Shown here: one piece after another, positions 1 through 11,299 of the stretch
Position numbering within the stretch: position 1 is the first letter of the stretch
How the letters are laid out: each line of letters starts with the position of its first letter
Assembly (NCBI GenBank): GCA_963755915.1
Contig: CAVWLP010000002.1
Span: 2,144,001-2,208,000 of the forward strand
Source of the DNA: an uncultured Phycisphaerales bacterium
GTDB taxonomy: Bacteria; Planctomycetota; Phycisphaerae; Tepidisphaerales; Tepidisphaeraceae
Direction: 5' to 3'
Length of the DNA stretch: 64,000 nucleotides
Position numbers and translations under genes: made by a program
The notes under the pieces: generated by a model
What the model was told of the DNA's origin: nothing
Databases searched by the model: none
The model's input: only the letters and a program-made list of their open reading frames with translations

Positions 1-30
1 GGTGTTTGTTCTAACTATAGGAATAAAACT

Positions 31-2460
31 ATGTCAATCGATCTCTTAGATCCCGACGTCAAAGCCCGCAATGACGGAGCTTCGCCACTTGAAACCAGTG
101 GCGTGCTCTCACCGGAGTTGCTTGGCAAGATGAACGCCTATTGGCGTGCCGCGAATTATCTTTCGGTCGGGCAGATTTATCTATACGACAATCCGCTGCT
201 CAAGGAGCCGCTGAAATTGTCGCACGTAAAGCCGCTGGTAGTTGGCCACTGGGGCACGACGCCGGGCCAGAATTTCATTTACGTGCACTTGAATCGGGTT
301 ATCAAGAAGTATGACCTCGACATGTTCTACATCGCCGGCCCCGGTCACGGGGGTCCGGCAATTGTCGGCAATGTCTATCTCGAAGGCACCTGGAGTGAAG
401 TCTATCCGAATGTGACTCAGGACGAAGCGGGCCTGAAAAAGCTATTCAAGCAATTTTCGTTTCCCGGCGGAATCTCCAGCCATGTAGCGCCGACGACGCC
501 GGGCTCGATTCACGAAGGCGGTGAGCTGGGATATTCGCTGAGCCATGCATTCGGCGCCGCTTTCGACAATCCCGATTTGATTGTCGCCTGCGTCGTCGGC
601 GACGGCGAAGCGGAAACCGGCCCGCTGGCGACCGCCTGGCAATCCAATAAATTTCTCGATCCCATTTCCGACGGGGCCGTGCTGCCGATCCTCCACCTCA
701 ACGGCTTCAAGATCAGCAACCCCACAGTCCTCTCCCGCATCGAGCATGACGAACTGGAACAATTCCTGCGCGGCTGCGGCTGGACGCCTCACTTCGTTGA
801 AGGCGATGAGCCGGAAAAGATGCATCAACTGATGGCCGCCACCTTGGAAGCCGCCATCGAGGAAATCCGGGAAATCCAAAAGAATGCGCGGAGTAAAAAT
901 GACACGACTCGCCCGCGCTGGCCCATGATCGTCTTGCGATCGCCCAAGGGCTGGACCGGACCAAAGATTGTCGACGGCCTTCCATGCGAAGGCACCTTTC
1001 GCGCCCATCAGGTTCCGCTGCTCGTGGATTCCGATCACCCCGAGCACGTTGCACAGCTTGAAAGCTGGATGAAAAGCTACAAGGCCGAGGAGTTGTTCAA
1101 TGAGCACGGCCGATTGAACGCAGAATTGGCCGAGCTTGCGCCGAAGGGCGACCGCCGAATGGGCGCCAATCCCCACGCCAACGGCGGCGTTCTATTGCAC
1201 GATTTGAAAATGCCCGATTTCCGCGATCATGCGGTACACGTTCCTTCGCCCGGCGCCGTTGACGGCCAGGATACGCTGGTGCTCGGCCAATTCCTGCGCG
1301 ATGTCGTTAAGCTGAATGACAAGCCACGCAATTTCCGCGTATTTGGCCCTGACGAGACGCTGTCAAACTTGCTCGGCGCGGTCTTTGAAGTCACCAACCG
1401 CCAATGGGATGCCCGGGAAGTGACGAACGACGAATTCCTCTCACCCGATGGAGCCGTGCTGGATTCGATGCTCAGCGAGCATCAGTGCGAGGGTTGGCTG
1501 GAAGGATATCTGCTCACCGGCCGGCATGGGCTGTTCAACAGCTACGAAGCCTTCATTCGCATCGTCGATTCGATGTTCAGCCAGCACGCCAAGTGGCTGA
1601 AGGTAACATCGGAACTGCCCTGGCGCCGCAAGATCGCATCGCTGAATTATCTGCTCGCCTCTCACGTCTGGCAGCAGGATCACAACGGCTTCACACATCA
1701 GGATCCCGGATTTCTCGACCACGTCATCAACAAAAAGGCTGACATCGTTCGCGTTTATCTGCCCCCGGATGCGAACTGCCTGCTATCCGTTTTCGATCAT
1801 TGCCTGCGCAGCCGGCATTACGTCAACGTGGTGGTTGCCGGTAAACATGCCCTCCCGCAATGGCTGACCATGGAAGCAGCAGTCGTGCACTGCACGGAAG
1901 GAATTGGCATCTGGCAATGGGCCAGCAACGACCAAAACAGCGAGCCGGACGTGGTGATGGCCTGCTGCGGTGACACGCCAACTCTGGAGATTCTCGCCGC
2001 TGTTTCAATTCTTCGCCAGCATTTTCCCGATTTGAAAATTCGGGTGATCAATGTCGTCGATCTGATGAAGCTGCAATCCGCCAGCGAGCATCCACATGGA
2101 CTAAGCGAAGCAGATTACGATTCGCTCTTCACAAAAGACAAGCACATTGTCTTCGGCTTCCATGGATACCCCTGGCTGGTCCATCGGCTGACCTACCGCC
2201 GAACCAATCGCAACCTTCATGTCCGCGGCTACAAGGAAGAGGGCACAATCACAACGGCCTTCGACATGAGGGTGCAAAACGACCTTGATCGCTTTCATCT
2301 AGTGCAGGATGTGGTGGATCGCCTGCCGCAATTGGGCGCCAAAGGAGCATATCTCAAGCAGATGGTCCAGGACAAGCTCATCCAGCACAAGCTTTACATC
2401 GATCAACACGGCCAGGACCTTCCGGAAATCCGCAATTGGAAGTGGAGCGTTCCCACATGA
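31..2460 (+). CDS. xfp: Phosphoketolase (XFP/XPK family, TPP-dependent)
   Basis: 809 aa; [43 protein letters not shown] and [12 protein letters not shown] motifs. Confidence 0.96.
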   Translation: MSIDLLDPDVKARNDGASPLETSGVLSPELLGKMNAYWRAANYLSVGQIYLYDNPLLKEPLKLSHVKPLVVGHWGTTPGQNFIYVHLNRVIKKYDLDMFYIAGPGHGGPAIVGNVYLEGTWSEVYPNVTQDEAGLKKLFKQFSFPGGISSHVAPTTPGSIHEGGELGYSLSHAFGAAFDNPDLIVACVVGDGEAETGPLATAWQSNKFLDPISDGAVLPILHLNGFKISNPTVLSRIEHDELEQFLRGCGWTPHFVEGDEPEKMHQLMAATLEAAIEEIREIQKNARSKNDTTRPRWPMIVLRSPKGWTGPKIVDGLPCEGTFRAHQVPLLVDSDHPEHVAQLESWMKSYKAEELFNEHGRLNAELAELAPKGDRRMGANPHANGGVLLHDLKMPDFRDHAVHVPSPGAVDGQDTLVLGQFLRDVVKLNDKPRNFRVFGPDETLSNLLGAVFEVTNRQWDAREVTNDEFLSPDGAVLDSMLSEHQCEGWLEGYLLTGRHGLFNSYEAFIRIVDSMFSQHAKWLKVTSELPWRRKIASLNYLLASHVWQQDHNGFTHQDPGFLDHVINKKADIVRVYLPPDANCLLSVFDHCLRSRHYVNVVVAGKHALPQWLTMEAAVVHCTEGIGIWQWASNDQNSEPDVVMACCGDTPTLEILAAVSILRQHFPDLKIRVINVVDLMKLQSASEHPHGLSEADYDSLFTKDKHIVFGFHGYPWLVHRLTYRRTNRNLHVRGYKEEGTITTAFDMRVQNDLDRFHLVQDVVDRLPQLGAKGAYLKQMVQDKLIQHKLYIDQHGQDLPEIRNWKWSVPT

Positions 2461-4956
2461 ACGAACAATCGCAACAAAAGTCCAATCCAACGGACGATCT
2501 GAAAACATTGCCGATGGCAGAGGTGGAGAAGAGATTGCACTCTTCGCCGGATGGTCTCAGTCAGGCTGAGGCTGCGAAACGGCTCGCTCAATACGGACCG
2601 AACGAGATCGCGGAGAAGAAGACCAACCTGCTCCTGAAATTTCTTTCGTATTTCTGGGGCCCGATCCCCTGGATGATTGAAGTGGCGGTCATCCTCTCGG
2701 GCGTGGTCCACCATTGGCCCGATTTTTTCATCATCCTCCTTTTGCTGGTTTGCAACGCCGTTGTGGGATTCTGGGAGGAGCGCCAGGCGGGCAACGCCAT
2801 CGCTGCCTTAAAGAAAACACTGGCGATTCAGTCAAAGGCCAAACGTGACGGCAAATGGATCACACCTCCGGCTCGCGAGCTCGTACCGGGCGATGTTATT
2901 CGCTTGCGACTAGGCGACATTATTCCCGCGGATGCGCGCCTGCTGGCGGGCGACGAAGTGGCCGTCGATCAATCCGCACTTACAGGCGAATCATTGCCGG
3001 CAACGCACAAACCTGGCGACGCCGTCTTTTCCGGTTCGATCATGCGCCGCGGTGAAATCGACGCACTGGTGTATGCCACCGGCACGCACACCTACTTCGG
3101 CAAAACAGCCCAATTGGTCGGGGAAGCGCAAACCGCGAGCCATTTCCAACGCGCGGTGTTGAAGATCGGCAATTTCCTCATCATCCTCGCCGTGGCTCTG
3201 GTGGTTGTAATTATTGCCGTCGCGATCTGCCGCGGGGACCGGATCCTCACCACGTTGCAGTTCGCTCTGGTGCTGACGGTTGCCGCAATTCCGGTCGCGA
3301 TGCCGACGGTTTTGTCGGTGACAATGGCCGTCGGCGCGCGCCTCATGGCCAAGAAGAAGGCGATTGTCAGCCGGCTTGTGGCCATCGAGGAACTGGCCGG
3401 TGTTGATATACTCTGCTCGGACAAGACGGGCACTCTCACTCAAAACAAGCTGACGCTGGGCGATCCGTTCACGGTCGATAACATTCCCGCCGACTAGGTC
3501 ATCCTTGCCGCCGCGCTGGCTTCGCGCGGAAGATAAGGACACCATCGACCTCGCCGTCCTCGGTGGTGTGAAGGACGAGAAAACGTTGAAGACCTATCAA
3601 GTCGTTCACTTCAAGCCGTTTGACCCCGTCCAGAAGCGCACCGAAGCCACGATCATAGGCGCGGACGGAAAGCAGTTCGATGTAGCCAAGGGCGCACCGC
3701 AGGTGATTCTGCAGATGTCGACGAATGCTGGTGAGGTAAAGACGGCCGTAGAGAAGGCCGTCAATGATTTTGCCGGACGCGGCTTTCGTTCCTTGGGCGT
3801 TGCCCGCGCAGACGAGAAGGGCAAGTGGCGTTTTCTGGGTGTGTTGCCAATGTCCGATCCTCCGCGAGAAGATGCCAAGGCAACCATCGCCACCGCCCGA
3901 CAAATGGGCGTCAGCATTAAAATGGTTACGGGCGATCAAATCGCCATCGCTCGCGAAATGTCCAGGGAGTTGGGCCTGGGAACCAATATCCTTGACGCCA
4001 GCGGGTTAGGGGATTCCAAAAAGAAGGAATCCCCCGAGGAAACCCAACTCGTTGAAAAGGCGGACGGCTTCGCCCAGGTATTTCCCGAGCACAAGTTTCA
4101 CATCGTCGACATTCTGCAAAAGCGCGGTCATATCGTCGGCATGACCGGCGATGGAGTGAATGATGCACCAGCCTTGAAAAAGGCCGACTGCGGTATCGCC
4201 GTCTCCGGAGCAACCGACGCGGCCCGCGCGGCCGCATCCATCGTCCTGCTGACCTCTGGACTATCGGTAATCATCGACGCGATCAAAGAAAGTCGCCGGA
4301 TCTTTCAGCGGATGAATAGTTATGCCATCTACCGCATCGCCGAAACGCTGCGCGTACTGTTTTTCATGACCCTCGCAATTCTAGTGTTCAATTTTTATCC
4401 GCTGACCGCCGTGATGATTGTGATGCTGGCATTGCTCAACGATGGAGCGATCCTCTCCATCGCGTATGACAACGTTCATTACAAGGACAAACCCGAGGCA
4501 TGGAACATGCGCGTGGTGTTGGGGATTTCCACCGTGCTGGGCGTCATCGGCGTCGTCTCAGCGTTCGGCCTGTTTTACCTCGGCGAACGCGTCTTCCGCC
4601 TCGACCGCTCGCACATCCAGACCTTGATGTATTTGAAATTATCTGTGGCCGGCCATCTGACAATCTTTCTCACCCGCACGCGCGGACCGTTCTGGTCCAT
4701 CAAGCCGGCGAAGATTCTCTGGATCGCCGTTCTCGGCACGCAAGCCATCGCCACATTGATCGCAGTCTACGGAATCTTTATGACGCCCCTCGGTTGGGGT
4801 TGGGCCGCATTTGTCTGGGGTTACGCCCTCGGATGGTTCCTGATTAACGACCGCATCAAGCTGCTCGCGTATCGAATCTTTGATCCGACAAATGCCACGT
4901 CGATTGTGAAAAAACCGATCGCGACGGTCGCAACCGTCGCCGTACCAGCCGTTTGA
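2457..4956 (+). pseudogene. Plasma-membrane H+-efflux P-type (P3A) ATPase, disrupted
   Basis: ATG at 2457 overlaps the xfp stop (ATGA); TGES, DKTGTLT, KGAP and MTGDGVNDAP motifs; in-frame TAG at 3495-3497 plus a frameshift at about 3525 (LASR|AEDKD). Confidence 0.88.
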
Positions 4957-4973
4957 ATAAATGGAGCAATAGA

Positions 4974-5381
4974 ATGAATACCCGTCAACATGATCACGAA
5001 CCATTCGCAACTGGCCATCGAAGCCACCCGGTTACTTTACTCAGTGCGGCCGTCGCCTCCGCTGATAATGCATTCATAGATGCATTGGAACTGCGCGAGG
5101 ACATTCAGCTTTGTGCCTTCCGTAAATGAGAGGCCGCTGGCAAGCCTGCCGGGGATGGTGTTCATTTTTGGTTGCAAGCGGAGAAAGAACTCGCCGAAAC
5201 AGGAATTGAAATGTCGGTCGGTCGGAACGATCGGCGCCTCGATCGTTCGCTTGAGACGCAGGCCGCCGGAGAGAATGCGAAGGCGCTCAATGCGAGCGTG
5301 GACAGCCACTACCGGGACAACAACAGGATGTTCCAACGCCACGGCGATCGCGGGCACAGGCACGGCGTGAAGAACGACTAA
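4974..5381 (+). pseudogene. DUF2934-like protein, copy 1, with an internal TGA
   Basis: Reads IQLCAFRK*EAAGKPAGDGVHFWLQAEKEL; TGA at 5127-5129 falls where copy 2 has W. Confidence 0.72.
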
Positions 5382-5468
5382 CGCCGTTGGAGCCACAATT
5401 CGGTATTGCTACGGTAGCGGTAGCCGAGACCTTTTGAGTTTTTACGATTGAGACCAGAGAACACAACC

Positions 5469-5780
5469 ATGCAGAGACAAAACCAGATTCTTCCAGCGTC
5501 GGGACGGGCCAATCCAACTGCACCCGCGGATAAAGCACCAATCCTCGCCGGATTGGCCAACGAGGTCGATAGCGCCCGCGTCATCTCAGCGGACGCCATC
5601 AGGCTTTACGCCTACCGGAGATGGGAGATAGCGGGAAAGCCCGCCGGAGACGGTATTCCGTTCTGGCTGGAAGCCGAGAAACAATTGGCCGCCGAGAACG
5701 AAGTTACCTCGGGCCGCGGCAACAGTCAGGATGCCGACCGACACCTCGGAGTCCGACATCCCCATTCCTTGAAGAGATAA
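5469..5780 (+). CDS. DUF2934-like protein, copy 2
   Basis: IRLYAYRRWEIAGKPAGDGIPFWLEAEKQL motif. Confidence 0.75.
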   Translation: MQRQNQILPASGRANPTAPADKAPILAGLANEVDSARVISADAIRLYAYRRWEIAGKPAGDGIPFWLEAEKQLAAENEVTSGRGNSQDADRHLGVRHPHSLKR

Positions 5781-5830
5781 CACCGGGATTTCACTGTGGT
5801 ACCACAGATGAACGTCCTCTAGTAATCATC

Positions 5831-5915
5831 ATGAAAATCAAATCGAAGGATTTCCGTGTTGACGCTGAAGACAATGTTAAGCTCCGGAAATGGCCGACAA
5901 CTATCGCGCCCATTT
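5831..5915 (+). pseudogene. N-terminal remnant of a polyphosphate kinase 2 family protein
   Basis: MKIKSKDFRVDAEDNVKLRKWPT resembles PPK2 N-termini; similarity stops after about 28 codons. Confidence 0.55.
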
Positions 5916-6171
5916 TGCCTGTCGGGCAGGCGACTCATATCGTTCCTCCAGCATCTACAGCGTGGCCCAGAGTTTGGGTCGCGACTGCAGCGAACCCGTA
6001 AAAGATACCACGAATATTTCCCGCATAATGTCTGATACCGGACAGACAGCCCATTTATACAGTCGTACAAATGCCGCGCATGATGGGTGCCTCCGGGCAA
6101 AACAGGCGCCCAACGCGTGACGGGCCGAGAATCCGTTTCGCCGGACTGAGTTTTTTTGGGCAGAAAAATCG

Positions 6172-7355
6172 GTGAATCCACTTCTTTTACAACTTACACA
6201 TCCTCCATTCCCCAGGGTGGCCGAAATCATTCGATCCGGGGCGGAGGAGATTACGCAGGAATGGGACGGCGCCGTTCGGCAAGCCATGCCGCAGATGCGC
6301 CATCTGACATTCGACGAGCTGAAAGATTCGACGCCTCAAATATTGCTCGCCATCGCCGACGCTCTTGCGTCGGATAATCCGGAGGTGATTCGGGAACTGG
6401 TAAGGCGGGCCCCGTCCCAGGGGCTTTCCCGTTTCCGGCTGAACTTCGACGTTGTGGAGGTCATGCAAGAGGATCGGCTTCTGCGGGCGATTATTGTCTT
6501 GCACGTGGAGACGGAACTGGGCCGCCGGATGGACGCCCTGGAATCCGCGGCGCTGCACGCGGCGGTCGATGTCATGCTTCAGCGGTCGGTGATCGCCCTT
6601 GTAGAGCAGCAGAAGTGTCAGCTCCGGGCGGCTGCGGAAAGAGAATTGAAGTACCTTTCGTTCCTGTCGCACGACCTGAACAATCACCTTTATGGGGTCA
6701 CCCTGTCGCTCGATGAATTACGCTGCCGTTTGAGCAACACAACCGGTTTCGACGGCGCTGCGGATTCCCTGGCTCGCGCTCAGAACTCGATTCAGACCAC
6801 GGTTGCGGGTATGCGGCGTCTGCTCGATCGGGAAATGCTTCGCAAGTCCGGCGAGAAGACGAAGTTCTTGCCGGTGGATTTGCAGTCTCTGGTCACGAGG
6901 ATCGCGGAACAGTTCTCGCCGGAGGCGGATGCCAAGGGTGTAAGGCTGGCGGTCGAAGTGCGGCCAGGCACGGTGGTCGTCTCGGATGGGGAACTGCTCT
7001 CGCTGGTTCTGCAAAATCTCGTCGGCAACGGCGTGAAATTTAGCAGCGGCGGTACCGTTCGCATAGGTTGCGACGGCGCGGCCGAAGGGGGGCGACCCGT
7101 CATATCGATATCGGACCAGGGCCGGGAATAGCCCCGGAAAAGATAGGCCACATCTTCGAGGCATTCAAAAGAGGCGAGGTATACGGCCAGCGCGGAGTGG
7201 GGCTGGGACTGTCCATTGCATCGCAAGCGGCGAGGCATCTGGGCGCCGAGCTGACGGTGGATTCGGAACTCGACATCGGTACCACATTTCGGTTGAAGCT
7301 GATTGGCGAGCTCAAACGAGAAACCATTCGTCAGGGCAAAATGATGATGACATGA
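6172..7355 (+). CDS. Sensor histidine kinase (helical N-terminus, HisKA, HATPase), frameshifted at about 7120
   Basis: LSHDLNN H-box, NLVGNGVKF N-box, DQG|PGI G1 box split by a 1-nt loss, GVGLGLSI G2 box in the next frame. Confidence 0.85.
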
Positions 7356-7458
7356 CTGGCTTTCCGAATCTTTTCGACTTAGCCGGTCCGGCGGCCTATA
7401 ATTTGCAGCTAGGGAAGCTTCAAATACTCAGGTCCTTAGCCAATCTGTATCGCATCTC

Positions 7459-7570
7459 GGATGACTAAATAAAGGGTAGTCCTGGCAAGGGCCGGAAGAC
7501 CCATTAACAAGTAAGCCGACGCAATCGAGTTCCGAAACTTCGGGATTCGGATGCGTCGGCTTTTTTTGTT
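7459..7570 (+). promoter_or_regulatory. Structured leader ending in a long hairpin plus U-tract (candidate attenuator or cis-regulatory RNA)
   Basis: Hairpins gacta/tagtc and ctggc/gccgg; stem aagccgacgca (7513-7523) / tgcgtcggctt (7552-7562) followed by a T-run. Confidence 0.55.
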
Positions 7571-7695
7571 TATTTGGAATCTCCGGCCGGTTCAGGCTTC
7601 CTGAAAAAAATTGAACGCGGGTATTCGTTTTCTCAGGTCGCGACGCGTGTCGCGCTTGAGGCCCGAATTGGAACCTTTGATTCTGAGGAGATGTT

Positions 7696-7890
7696 ATGAA
7701 GACGATAAATGGTCTGGCGCTGGCGGCGACGCTGGCGGCTTGTTTCTCTTTCTTCGGCTGCGAAACCTCCCATTCGGAGTCCACTACGCCGGGTCTCTTC
7801 GGCGGCACGACGCATGAAGAGACTACCACCACGCATAATCCGATCACGAATACGGACGACAAGACCCAGACCGAGACAAAGACGCCTTGA
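7696..7890 (+). CDS. Small putative lipoprotein
   Basis: GAGGAG RBS; signal peptide ending FFGC; Thr-rich tail. Confidence 0.65.
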   Translation: MKTINGLALAATLAACFSFFGCETSHSESTTPGLFGGTTHEETTTTHNPITNTDDKTQTETKTP

Positions 7891-7990
7891 GGTCTGCCCG
7901 GTGAGCGGGTGCCGTAACCCCGCCGGTGTCGTTCGGGCGGGCAGGACGGGATGAGATTTTGGTCTGTTTAGGAAGGATGCGGAAATCATC

Positions 7991-8332
7991 ATGGGAAAAG
8001 AACAAGTATCTCAAGCTCTGTTTCAATCCCTCGGCCCAGATGGAATCGATTGGTTGTTTATCGTCGGATTTGACGGCGATTGGACGATCAGCCGCAACGG
8101 CAATGAGGTCGGCCGCGGCACGGGCGAGCAGGCATCCATTGGTCCCGGTGTCCGCAAGTTCCTTAAGTTGACACACGTGAGCGTGGGTTCGGATGGCGCG
8201 TGCGATCCGGCCGTGGGCAGATTGCTCGATCGGATTGAACACGAAGCGCCGGCAACGGTGAAGGTTCCGAAATACCAGGGAAGGATCAGGACGCACGCAT
8301 CGAAAGATTGGATGGACTCTTTGATCGCATAA
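7991..8332 (+). CDS. Hypothetical protein
   Basis: 113-aa ATG ORF co-oriented with its neighbours. Confidence 0.5.
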   Translation: MGKEQVSQALFQSLGPDGIDWLFIVGFDGDWTISRNGNEVGRGTGEQASIGPGVRKFLKLTHVSVGSDGACDPAVGRLLDRIEHEAPATVKVPKYQGRIRTHASKDWMDSLIA

Positions 8333-8405
8333 GAAGGGACCATCGAGCCGTGTTGTTCACGGCCATGGCCTTCCCGGTTCTCAAGACTTCCGAAAGGAGC
8401 CTTTT

Positions 8406-8570
8406 ATGGGATTGATACTGTTAATTCTCGTGATTCTGCTGCTCGTGGGCGGCCTTCCCCACTGGGGTTACAGCCGCAATTGGGGATATGGACCAAGCGG
8501 AGGTTTGGGACTTGTTCTGCTGATCCTGATCCTATTGATGATCTTCAACGTGCTCCCGCGCGGCTTCTGA
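8406..8570 (+). CDS. DUF3309-like small membrane protein (not in the ORF track)
   Basis: AAGGAG RBS; MGLILLILVILLLVGGLPHWGYSRNWGYGPSGGLGLVLLILILLMIFNVLPRGF. Confidence 0.85.
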   Translation: MGLILLILVILLLVGGLPHWGYSRNWGYGPSGGLGLVLLILILLMIFNVLPRGF

Positions 8571-8643
8571 TCGACCTTGATGGCCTCGCGCTGACGCGTA
8601 ATTGTTGTTTACTGAAACCATTTTTCATTTACAGGACATCACC

Positions 8644-8769
8644 ATGAATGCACCACTCCTATCAATGGTTACCGCAAAAGCCCCCGATCTCGCCAGTATT
8701 ATTTGGGTTGGCGGTGGCTCAGTCGGCCTTGTTGTTCTGATCGTCATTATTGTCCTAATCCTGCGCTGA
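8644..8769 (+). CDS. 41-aa single-pass membrane peptide (not in the ORF track)
   Basis: AGGA RBS; ends IIWVGGGSVGLVVLIVIIVLILR. Confidence 0.55.
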   Translation: MNAPLLSMVTAKAPDLASIIWVGGGSVGLVVLIVIIVLILR

Positions 8770-8957
8770 GGACAAAGACTCGCGAAAATGCCACTGCCGG
8801 CAAACCCCGCTACGGCATTCCCGCGACGCCCTTTTCGGCTGCCGGTGACAGCAGGAACGCCCCGCGCAACGGTCCTAATTTTTGTTGTCGCGAGGGTGTT
8901 TGGGAAAAGGGAATGCCCTGCAGATAGTGCATATGGCATTACAAGGAGTCTTGGGAA

Positions 8958-9890
8958 ATGGCTCAGCGCCGGGGCTTTGACGGCAAAATCGACCCACGGA
9001 TGGCAACATCCCGCCTGGCATCGATCGGATTGCTTTTTAGGAAGGCCGCGTCGGAATGGCGCCAGGACAACGCCCTGCGGCTCTCGGCGGCGGTTTCCTT
9101 TTATACCGTCTTGTCCTTGGCGCCGCTGTTGGTCATCGTCATCAGAGCCATGGGAATCGCCCACGCCAGGCAATTTGCCCGCGAGCAGATCATCAGGCAG
9201 GCCACAAACCTGATGGGTACACAGGCGGCCGATGCGGTCAAGCCAATCATCGATAGCAGCGCCACCCAGGGCATCGGCTTTCTGGCAACGGCAATCAGCA
9301 CGGTCGTTTTGCTATTCTCCGCCACCAGCGTCTTCATTGAGTTGCAAGATTCAATGAACAGCATCTGGGGAGTGGAACTCAACGCACCCAGGGCAAACCG
9401 CGCCGAAAAAGCCGTGCTTACGTTTATCCGCGCACGCCTCCTGTCGCTGGCGATGGTCTTTGGCCTCGGCTTTCTGCTCATCTTCTTCATATTCGTCAGT
9501 GGAATTCTCACGGCCTTCCAACATCATATTGCCGACTTCGATCGATGGCCGGCCTATCTGACCAGTACGGCAATTTCTTGCGCTGTGGAATTCACGCTGT
9601 TCGGCGCCATATTCAAGTTCCTGCCGAACGTGCGGCTGGGATGGAAAAACGTCTGGCATGGGGCGTTGATCGCCGTCATTCTGTTTGGTGCCGGCAGATT
9701 TGGGCTGGCGATTTATTTCAAATATGCCCGCAACAACAACGTGTATGGCGCGGCCAGTTCCCTGCTGGCGGTATTGACCTGGATCTATTACTCGTCTTTC
9801 AGCCTCTTCTTCGGGGCCGAATTCACAAAGGTCTGGACCCGGCGATACGATCCGACTCATGCATCGCCCAGGCGTCACGCGGCACAATGA
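8958..9890 (+). CDS. YihY/BrkB-family membrane protein
   Basis: DNALRLSAAVSFYTVLSLAPLL, LQDSMNSIW and YGAASSLLAVLTWIYYSS motifs. Confidence 0.9.
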   Translation: MAQRRGFDGKIDPRMATSRLASIGLLFRKAASEWRQDNALRLSAAVSFYTVLSLAPLLVIVIRAMGIAHARQFAREQIIRQATNLMGTQAADAVKPIIDSSATQGIGFLATAISTVVLLFSATSVFIELQDSMNSIWGVELNAPRANRAEKAVLTFIRARLLSLAMVFGLGFLLIFFIFVSGILTAFQHHIADFDRWPAYLTSTAISCAVEFTLFGAIFKFLPNVRLGWKNVWHGALIAVILFGAGRFGLAIYFKYARNNNVYGAASSLLAVLTWIYYSSFSLFFGAEFTKVWTRRYDPTHASPRRHAAQ

Positions 9891-10198
9891 CGCAACGTAG
9901 GCGGAGGCGTCGCCCAACCCCCAAAGGCCAATTCGCTCCGGCTAGGGATGTCGTTGGCACATCGCTCGCGAACGATGCGGACTTCACGCGGGCCGAATCG
10001 AAATGACGCCCTCGCCCGCTGATGCTCCAATTCACGTCTAACACCGACGGTTGAGTGCTCCTCTCCACGGAAGACAGCGGTGCCAGAAAGCCGTTGTCTT
10101 CTGAGGTGGAAAATGCCGGTCGAACTTTTATGGCGCGTGATACGATTTCCGGGGGAAGGTAAGTTGTGCAGGTCGAGGGCAATGTCGAGAATACCAGG

Positions 10199-11152
10199 AT
10201 GAACGCTTCCGGCGGAGAAGATCTTGCACCCGTTCCTCAGCCCGTTCTTGCGCCACTTACGAGCGCGGCGATTTTTCTCGTTGTCTGTATCAAGCCGGAC
10301 AACGAAAGCCAGGCAACGGTCCGTTCATTCTGCGGCGAGCTGCCGGGCGTTTTCCGGGCCGTGGATTTTCGTCGTGTTGAAGGGGGACTCTCTTGTGTTG
10401 TGGGGTTCGGATCGGATGCTTGGGATAAGTTGTTCGGCACACCACGACCAGCCGAGCTTCATCCTTTTCGCGAGATTCGATCGGGGGATCGCCATGCCAT
10501 TTCCACGCCAGCCGACGCGGTGTTTCACATCCGCGCCAAGAGAATGGATCTGTGTTTCGAGCTGGTCACCGAAATCATGCAACGGATAGGTGGAGCGGTG
10601 TGTGCGGTTGATGAAACCCACGGCTTCCGCTATTTCGATGACCGTGATCTGTTGGGCTTTGTCGATGGGACAGAGGATCCGCGTGGTGAGGTCGCTCTGA
10701 ACGCTGCCCTGGTTGCCGAAGAAGACGCTCAGTTTGCAGCCGGAAGCTATGTCATCATTCAAAAATACCTGCATGACATGAGTCGGTGGAATTTGCTTTC
10801 TATTGAGGAGCAGGAGCGCATCATTGGACGCAAAAAGCTTTCGAATATAGAGCTGAGCGATGCGGTGAAACCTAGCAACGCCCACAATGCGCTGACGACA
10901 ATTGTGGAGAACGGAAAAGAGGTCAAGATTCTGCGGGACAACATGCCGTTTGGCAAGCCCGGTAGCGGCGAATTCGGAACGTACTTTATCGGCTACAGCC
11001 GATCGCCGCGGATCACCGAGCAGATGCTGGAAAACATGTTCGTTGGCCGTCCGTCAGGCAACTATGATCGACTTTTGGATTTCAGCCGGGCGGTTACTGG
11101 AAGCCTGTTTTTTGCCCCGTCAGCGACATTCCTCGAGAGCATTGGTCATTGA
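10199..11152 (+). CDS. DyP-type peroxidase
   Basis: RDLLGFVDGTEDP, QKYLHD, ILRDNMPFG and DRLLDFS motifs. Confidence 0.92.
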   Translation: MNASGGEDLAPVPQPVLAPLTSAAIFLVVCIKPDNESQATVRSFCGELPGVFRAVDFRRVEGGLSCVVGFGSDAWDKLFGTPRPAELHPFREIRSGDRHAISTPADAVFHIRAKRMDLCFELVTEIMQRIGGAVCAVDETHGFRYFDDRDLLGFVDGTEDPRGEVALNAALVAEEDAQFAAGSYVIIQKYLHDMSRWNLLSIEEQERIIGRKKLSNIELSDAVKPSNAHNALTTIVENGKEVKILRDNMPFGKPGSGEFGTYFIGYSRSPRITEQMLENMFVGRPSGNYDRLLDFSRAVTGSLFFAPSATFLESIGH

Positions 11153-11208
11153 AAGCCATCTTATTCATTGAACCACCGAAACGACCGGATCACATTTGAA
11201 GGATCGTC

Positions 11209-11290
11209 ATGCTCAATGGATTCAGCCAGTTTTGTACGCGGGAACTTTGTCGATATGGCGGTCGGAGTTTTGGTCGGTGGTGCCTCTTCC
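11209..11290 (+). pseudogene. mscL: MscL N-terminal remnant
   Basis: MLNGFSQF / VRGNFVDMAVGVLVGGA across a frameshift matches the MscL S1-TM1 signature. Confidence 0.65.
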
Positions 11291-11299
11291 TACGCCTCC

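Noticed and set aside
3495-5129. Stop-codon reassignment (TAG and TGA read-through)
   Set aside because: Both codons terminate normal genes in this window (xfp TGA, GH13 TAG), and the ATPase also has an indel
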